Assembly: GCF_009914755.1 (NCBI RefSeq)
Contig: NC_060927.1
Source: the human T2T-CHM13v2.0 reference genome, Homo sapiens
DNA length: 64,000 nt
Strand: one strand, 5' to 3'
Shown: piece by piece, positions 56,201-64,000 of the stretch
Position numbering within the stretch: position 1 is the first letter of the stretch
How the letters are laid out: each line of letters opens with the position of its first letter
The notes under the pieces: model-generated
What the model saw: only the letters and a program-made list of their open reading frames with translations
Databases searched by the model: none
Told to the model about the DNA's origin: nothing
Position numbers and translations under genes: made by a program

Positions 56201-57039
56201 GCTGAAGCACAATTACATAAACCATCTAGGTATCGTTTAAGAGAAAGACAAAACATAGTATCTATTCTCCCGAAGGATTCATGAATCTTCCTTCAAAATT
56301 AGATTTATACCTGTGATTAATTTTTTTAATTTTTACTAAATTATGGTATGCTCTTTTGTTATAGCTGATATCCAGATGAAATTTATATTTAAAATACAAA
56401 TGATACTTGTATCTTAATTGATGATTCCACGTTTCCACTTAACAGCCTGAAAGTTCATCCATGGCCATCCTATTTTCTTGAATCATCAACTATAAAGTGT
56501 TCATAATTAGGATTTTGGCAATGATAAATGTACTTAAGCAATGGAGCTCAAACTAATTCTTATTTAATGGCTTTTCAGTATCAAAGTAGACAAAATTTTA
56601 GTCTATCCCAAAACTAGTTTGTGCTGGTTACCAAGGAACATGGGACCTGGTTATAAATCCATTTTTCTATTTGAAATGACACTTTAAAGATTGGCTGCAA
56701 ACTGTGCACTCAAGATATAAACACTATATTTCCATTTTAAATGTCTTCAACATTACCTAAGCTCTCATGTGCACCATGCCTTTTATGCTTAACTTTTATC
56801 ACAGAACTACCATTCATGATACCAAAAAAGGCCTCATGTCCGAGTGCCCTTGACATCCTGCTACAAGAGGAAACCACTCACTGATACTCAAGTCTATTAT
56901 CACCAAGAAATCTTTCCAGGAAATTAGATGACATTCAAGGAAAACACTGATAATCATGCAGGAACCTGAAGGTTATATTTTAAATGATTTGATCAGCCTC
57001 TGACGATAGGAAATAGATTTGGGGAAATAGCTGAGCATC

Positions 57040-57480
57040 TTTCATTCATTTATTCAACAGTTATTGATTATGTATTCACAATGCCAGGCTCCATTCTAAG
57101 TGCTGGGATGCAGGACCCAACAAGGTAGACAAGGTCCCTGGTCTCATGGAACTTACATTCCTTTGAATGAGTCCATCAGTGCCTAGCTAAATACATCAAT
57201 AATTTCAGACAGTGGCAAGTGCTGTAATGACAACAAAATAGGTAACGTGACTGGTGATTTGGAGCAACAGGATAGCGTCTCAGCTTTTGTGCCAAAAGGA
57301 AGGTAAGAATAAAACGAGAAGGAACACTCACTGGAAGATATGAAGAAAAAAATAAGTAGAGGATTCAAATGCGAAAATACAATGACCATTCTAAGTCGAT
57401 ATGTGTGAGGAAGAGACTGGAATCTTGCTGGGTACTGCACAGACCTGGCTCCAGCCTACAGAAGAGAAGAGCAAACAATC
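57040..57480 (-). mobile_element. L2 fragment
   Basis: tcattcatttattcaacagttattg...atgccaggctccattctaagtgctggga...agacaaggtccctggtctcatggaacttacattc. Confidence 0.8.
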
Positions 57481-57914
57481 CAGAGTGGGATTATCGACTG
57501 CATCTCTTATTTTCATTATGTGGGAGAGTTAACCACTTTTAACTTTTGTTTATTCACTACAAAATTAGAGGAACAACATCAAATTTCTAAGTTTGTAGTT
57601 AATATTAATTAGTGTAAATAAAGCACTTGGTACATATTAGATGTCCAATAAATGCCAGTTCTCTCTTTATCAGGGGAATAAGTAGAATTTACAAAATAGG
57701 GATTACAAGGAGATATGAAACCCAGTTATAATAATTTATTTTATAACACAGCTGACAGTGCCTCATTCAACCTTCCAGTAACCCTTCAGAAAAGGTTTTA
57801 TCATCTTTCTCTTATGGATGAGAAAACTGAAGCTCAAAGAGATCAAGTGACATTTGCAAGATGATTGCTTTGCATGGGAGCTTGGAGTTAGACCCAACTA
57901 ATATCTCCTCTTGG

Positions 57915-58210
57915 CTGGGGATGGAAAGACAAAGTTGTTGGTCAAAGGGTACAAAGTTTTAGTTAGATGAGAATAAGTTTTGAGATCAATTGCACAGCAG
58001 GGTGATTATAATCAATAATAATATATTGTGTAATGCAAAATTACTACGATAGTAAACTTCCAATTTCTTACCACAGAAAATTATGTGAGATGATAAATAT
58101 GTTAATTAGTTTGACTTATTCCACTTTGTACATATATATCAAAACATCAGTCTGTACCTCATAAGTGTGTGCAATTATGATTTCTCAATTAAAAATAACA
58201 ATTTTTAAAA
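57915..58210 (+). mobile_element. L1MA-type extreme 3' fragment
   Basis: gttggtcaaagggtacaaagttttagttagatgagaataagttttgagatc...gataaatatgttaattagtttga...tatatcaaaacatca...caattaaaaata. Confidence 0.85.
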
Positions 58211-59150
58211 AGATTTGGCTGCACTACACTGCCTACTGATCGTATCCCTATGATAAAGTAATACATAAGTCACAGCTTCAGATAAAGGCGTAGGAGCTTT
58301 TCATAAAGTAGTGAAAGAAGGGGAAGTTGTAGGAGTTACAATCTGTCTATAGAGTACAATTCCAAGTTACAATGGTTAAGGGCAAGCCTACTGAAGACAG
58401 CTAAGCCCAGCCCTGTGGTGTGCCATTTATTAGTCATACATGCGAAACACCTAGCATGCTACCTGACACTAACAGAGTATTCATTTGCCCAAGTTGTGCT
58501 GCTCGTGAGTAGCAGGGATGGGACTTGACCTCTCAAGTTTCCAACACATCATGATACTTATTTCTTCATGTAACTAGCTGGGAAATTCACTTGCTACACA
58601 GAAAAGACAGGTTCTTAAATTATATTGTATTAAAGTGACTCTTTGTTAAAACACAAAAATATCCCAATAGTTACATGCAGGTTGTATCCTTGTTAATAAC
58701 AATATAGGAATCTTAGAATCAATTCTGGTCTGGTAAGCTATAAAGTTATTTACTTCAAAAAAAAGGACACATACAAAAAATATGTATATAACATACATGT
58801 ATATACACACATACATCGAAAAACATCTATACATACAAGTGTGTATTTTTCACCTCTATGCATATATGTGTGTGTATTTATCTATCTATCTACATATACA
58901 ATGTCACTATCCCTTGTTTATTAAATAACATTAAATTACCATGTCTCCAGTTCATGGACTGTACATGTATTTGTGCATAAATAAATTGCTTTTCTTATTA
59001 TCTTCTGGTGATTTACTACTATTGAGTAGGAGAGCTTCTTGTATACGAAGAACATCTGATATATGTGTATATATTTTTATAAAACACTTTTCATTTATTA
59101 ATTATTCTATGGACATAACAGTTTGAGAATCTTATGGATGTTACTTTTTA

Positions 59151-59470
<320 letters not shown>

Positions 59471-60642
59471 TTACCATGGCCAGAGGTTTGTTCCAGAATA
59501 TCACCCAAAAATATTCCTCAAATGAATACTCTGGGAAGTACTGGCTTACTAATACAGAGCAAAAGGTATATATTAATAGAATAAATGTGAGAAACCTATG
59601 GAAATAAGTAGGGGAAATAAATATATGGAAACAAATGAGTCATAGAAATACATTCTTTCTATGTTTTAAGGGAAATACTAAAGTTATGTAACCTTTGACA
59701 CAACTTGTGGAGCAAAAGATTGTGAATCTTAACTAAAAGGAAAAAAGAACTATTTTCCCAAAGTCCTCATAAAAGCAAAGTGTGCTATATTCAACAATAC
59801 GTGTATCAAATTGGCATTGGGATCATGCAGCTAACCCAATTTGAAATGCCATTTAAGTAGAAATAGGAAGGCAAATCATAATAATTCCACAATCAAAGCT
59901 CAAAACATGTGTTGACACTCAACCAAAATATGAAAATGGCTAACATTCACACCAAATTTTGATTACACTCATAGTAAATTTAAAACTACTCACTAATATT
60001 GCTCAGAATCAGAAGTTTGTTCAGCGTGTTATAAGCGACTTTCTAAGGGCAAGTTACTTTGTTCACATATGGACCAAGTAGCTATTGACAAATCACGTGG
60101 TTTCTTTTCAAATGCTTTGTGTTTGTGGCATTTTATTGGTCATTGTGTCAGGAATACCAAACAATTTTTTTTTTTTTAGTGTTTGCAGAATATTATACAG
60201 TACAAACATAAAATAATATGTTGCAATGAGTCAGCATCCTTTTCTAAGTTTTATAAAGAGAATTCGTGATAATTTACTTTAGGACAGTGACCTTGATTGC
60301 TTTAAAATGCCTTTAATCAGTGCTAATTTCTCATCTTAAAGGAAAATGGAAACATCTGAGTCAATTCTATTTCTACATTGTCTTACTTATAAAATAATAA
60401 AATAATGAGAGGATATTAAAGGAAAAATCATTCATTTATTCAAATATGCATACAATTGCTTTAAGTCTAAGATATTGAAATAAACATGGCACCGTTAAAA
60501 ATATTTTAACGGTCTATACAATTTTCTGGCTTGTAAAGTCAGTCTCTCTCTCTGACTGGCTCACTTTCTATCTAAAACATACCTATCTGAAACAACAAAC
60601 AACACACTTCAATACAAACATACCAGTTGAACAAGGGACTTC

Positions 60643-60938
60643 TTATTTATTTTCAATTTTTTGAGACAAAGTCTCGCTTGGTCACCCAGGCTGAAGTGCA
60701 GTGGTATGATCATGGCTCACTACAGCCTCGACCTCCTGAGCTCAAACGATCCTCCCACTTCAGCCTCCTGAGTAGCTACAGGACTACAGGCATGTACCAC
60801 TATGTCCAGCTAGGCTTTTTTTATTTTTTTAAGATGGGGGTCATGCTAAGTTGCTCAGGCTGATCTCGAACTCCTGGCCTCAAGCAGTCCTCCCACTTCA
60901 TCCTACCAACGTGCTGGGATTATAGGCATAAGCCAACA
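60643..60938 (-). mobile_element. AluJ-like
   Basis: Antisense diverged Alu (ctacagcctcgacctcctgagctcaaacgatcctcc). Confidence 0.9.
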
Positions 60939-61634
60939 ACTGACTTCTTGAGAGGTAATTTTGATCATATGATCTCTCAGAATTTCATTTAAATTTCTTT
61001 CATAGACATCTGAGAAAGAGATATTAAAGAAGGAAAGAGAGAGATTTCATTTAATTCAATCAAAGTTTTCTCTGGTTAATCTAATTCTGTGCCTTAGTGA
61101 TGTTTACTGAAAAAAAAATGGTGGAATTTAGAGGAAGAAAAACACTTTCTCTTGGGAAATAAAAGAAAATCATATGAAAATTTACCTGTTACAATTCGTT
61201 AACAGAAGAGAAAATGAAGTGTATGTATCTGGAGATTTCCAATCATCTTTCCAGTGCTAAATTTGAACCTCATTCTCAAGGGTTTTCTAAAATAAAACTT
61301 AACATACCTTTCCATCGTCACATCCTCATGTCCTCAAGGCTAATTTGATTTAGGGATTATTCTAGTGTTTCGATTTGCTATCAGTTTGAGAGCCTTTGTA
61401 TCAAAAAGAAGTGCCAAATTTTGTGAGGTTCTTAAGAGAATAATGCAGGTGAATAAAGCCTCAGTATACTGGGCTTCTCAGGAATGTAGCACTGACTGCC
61501 ATTTATAATTAATTAAAGATTTAGAGATTCTGTACCTTTCAAACGTTCCTTCTTTTTGTGTGGAACATTTTCTAATATATATTCAACATTTGCCTGCCTT
61601 TTCTTTTGATTCAGGGTTGTTTCTCCTAGTTCTT

Positions 61635-62330
61635 GCTTATCTTCATCTGTTTGGGTAGTTGTAGCCAATGGCTTATAAACAATATAACTTTATTTCTTAC
61701 AGTTCCAGAGGATGGGAAGTCCAATATCCAGGTGATGGCAGATTTAGTGTCTGGTAAGTGCTTGCTCTTCTGGTCGATAGATGAGGCTGTCTGTCTGTGT
61801 CCCTACCCAAATCTCATCTTGAATTGTACTCCCATTATTCACTCAAGTTGTGGGAGGCACCTGGTGGGAGATAATTGAATCATGGGGGTGGTTTCCCCCA
61901 TACTGTTCTCATGGTAGTGAATAAATCTCATGAGATCTGATGGTTTTATAAGGGGTTTCCGCTTTCACTTTTCTCTCATTCTCTCTTTGCCTGCTGCCAT
62001 CCCTGTAAGATGGGACTTGTTCCTCCTTGCCTTCCACCATGATCATGAGGCCTCCCCAGCCATGTGGAACTGTGAGTTCATTAAACCTTTTTTCTTCCCA
62101 GACTCGGGTATGTCTTTATCAGCAGTGTGAAACAGACTAATTCTCAGAGTCCTTACTTGGAGGAAGGGGCTAACTAGATCTCCAGGGTCTCTTTTATAAG
62201 GACATTTATGACATTTTTGAGAGCCCTTATGACTTAATCTCCCAAAGGCCCCATTTCCTAAAACTACCACCTTAGGAGTTAGGATTTCAACATATGAATG
62301 TAGGGGGGCACAAACATTCAGTCATAGCAC
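61635..62330 (-). mobile_element. MLT1A0-like MaLR LTR split by a THE1 insertion
   Basis: Left part: tggcttataaacaa...tttatttcttacagttccagaggatgggaagtccaa...ggcagatttagtgtctggt. Right part: tctcttttataagg...cccaaaggcccca...gatttcaacatatgaat...cacaaacattcagtcatagca. Confidence 0.82.
61782..62143 (+). mobile_element. THE1 (THE1B-like) solo LTR
   Basis: ctgtgtccctacccaaatctcatcttgaattgtactccc...gtttcccccatactgttctcatggtagtgaataa...ccccagccatgtggaactgtgag...ctcgggtatgtctttatcagcag. Confidence 0.92.
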
Positions 62331-63738
62331 TGTTCCCTGTCATCGCTGTCACTCTTTTCTTTTTCTCCTTTTTAAGTGTAGCTTCCTGTCTCCTTAGGCA
62401 AAGAAACAAAACAACCTAGGTTGGAAGAAGCACAGATATCAGATCATATAAAAGCAGAATAATTTCTACTCTTACAAATAAAGTGCATGAGATTGTATAG
62501 AAAGGCATCACAATTTGTCTTTTTAATGTTTAACATGCTTTTTTGCTTTCTTCCTGATCTTCCAACATATTTTGGCTTATAGGGAAAAGTTTTGCAACTA
62601 TAACATAAAATAAAAGATAAGCAACAGCAATCTTCTAAATTGATAGGGGTAAATAAACTTTAATTAGATTAGGTAACTACTTTTAGAAAAATATAATATC
62701 TCTCTATAAAGACATATTGTTTAACACTAAGAGGGCTCCCTTGAGTATATAAAACTAAGAAGTCATCAAGAGGTTTGGTTTCTTGAAACACAAACTCTCA
62801 GAATTTTGCCCATAAGACCCTAACTTAAAATAATACCAGTGGACTCTAGCAGGTTAATTATCCTACCAATCAAAGACAGTTCTATGCAGATGTAAACATA
62901 TTGTTTCTAGTGACAAAAAATGATGAGGCTTTAAGACTCAGAGTGATGGAGAAGAAACGGTATGAATCTTGCCTCATTCTCTTGCTAGCATTCAGTCACC
63001 TCCCCACCTCCTACTCTCTCTGGCTTACAAAAGCCGACCTATCTAAGAGAACTGCCTAGAGCCTTCTGGCAATACATTGTACTTTTTGGTGTGGGTCAGT
63101 GGCAGGATTGGAACTAGTAATTGGATTTCCGCACTCCCAGTTCACTTATCTATCCACTACAAAACAGCATGTTAATTTTGGAAATATTTATACCACTAGG
63201 TCATCATGACCTTTGAATATAACCACTGGCACCAATTATATACCAGGAATCTCCTTATGCCTCACCTAACTAGAGTCATTGCCCATGGCAGTATGGACTT
63301 CAGATGCCTTCTCTCCTGGATAACTGTTCGACATATATAAAACCTCAAAATAATGTGTTATATTTAAGAAGAATTCGAAGACAGAATATCCAAGTGTGGA
63401 TATATCAAATTAATGTCTACATTTCTCTCTTAATTTTCTATCCAAGGAATAAGAGCTAAATATAATCACAGCAGGAATCCTAATGAAATGTTTCAACAGG
63501 AAGCAATATTAAAGTATATCAACCTAGAGTGATTGTTTTGATAGACTGTCTTAAAGGTAAATCTAGATTTTCTCTTTAAAGAATACTGAATCTCAAATAA
63601 AATCAAATCTCTTCCCTGAAATATCTGTCAAAATCAAATTGGTATAGACTATTTTTATCACAAACACTCCCATTTTTCATAGCTATTCCAATACAACTCT
63701 GATTTAAAAACTGCAATAGAAATATTTAATTTAATTAA

Positions 63739-64000
<262 letters not shown>

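Noticed and set aside
56276-56287. 12-bp palindrome gattcatgaatc
   Set aside because: Many palindromes of this length are expected by chance in 64 kb.

Overview
This is AT-rich primate (human-like) genomic DNA that reads as intergenic or deep-intronic sequence. I found no protein-coding exon, tRNA/rRNA gene, CpG island or CRISPR array, and I cannot name the locus. The window is dominated by fossil transposable elements: a ~6-kb minus-strand old primate L1 (L1PA15/16-like) with an internal AluSc, older L1M fragments, about 11 Alus, many MIR and L2 remnants, DNA-transposon MITEs (MER1B, MER20, Tigger3a, MER5, MER58B) and solo LTRs (MST, LTR47-like, MER4-like, MLT1, THE1, two Gypsy-like). Nearly all long ORFs in the track are L1 remnants, Alu read-through or microsatellite translations. 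The most unusual directly visible items are: (i) a 27-nt segment inside the AluSc that copies host-L1 sequence 2 kb away; (ii) an old diverged tandem duplication split by an Alu, in which both copies keep a perfect POU octamer; (iii) an Alu tail expanded into a ~260-nt purine tract ending in (GGAA)13; (iv) a hairpin that encloses a TATA motif in a Gypsy-like LTR; and (v) several exon-like plus-strand segments that could belong to a lncRNA. I see no evidence for a new multi-gene system. Repeat subfamily names come from recalled consensus sequences, and boundaries are approximate (tens of bp for old elements).
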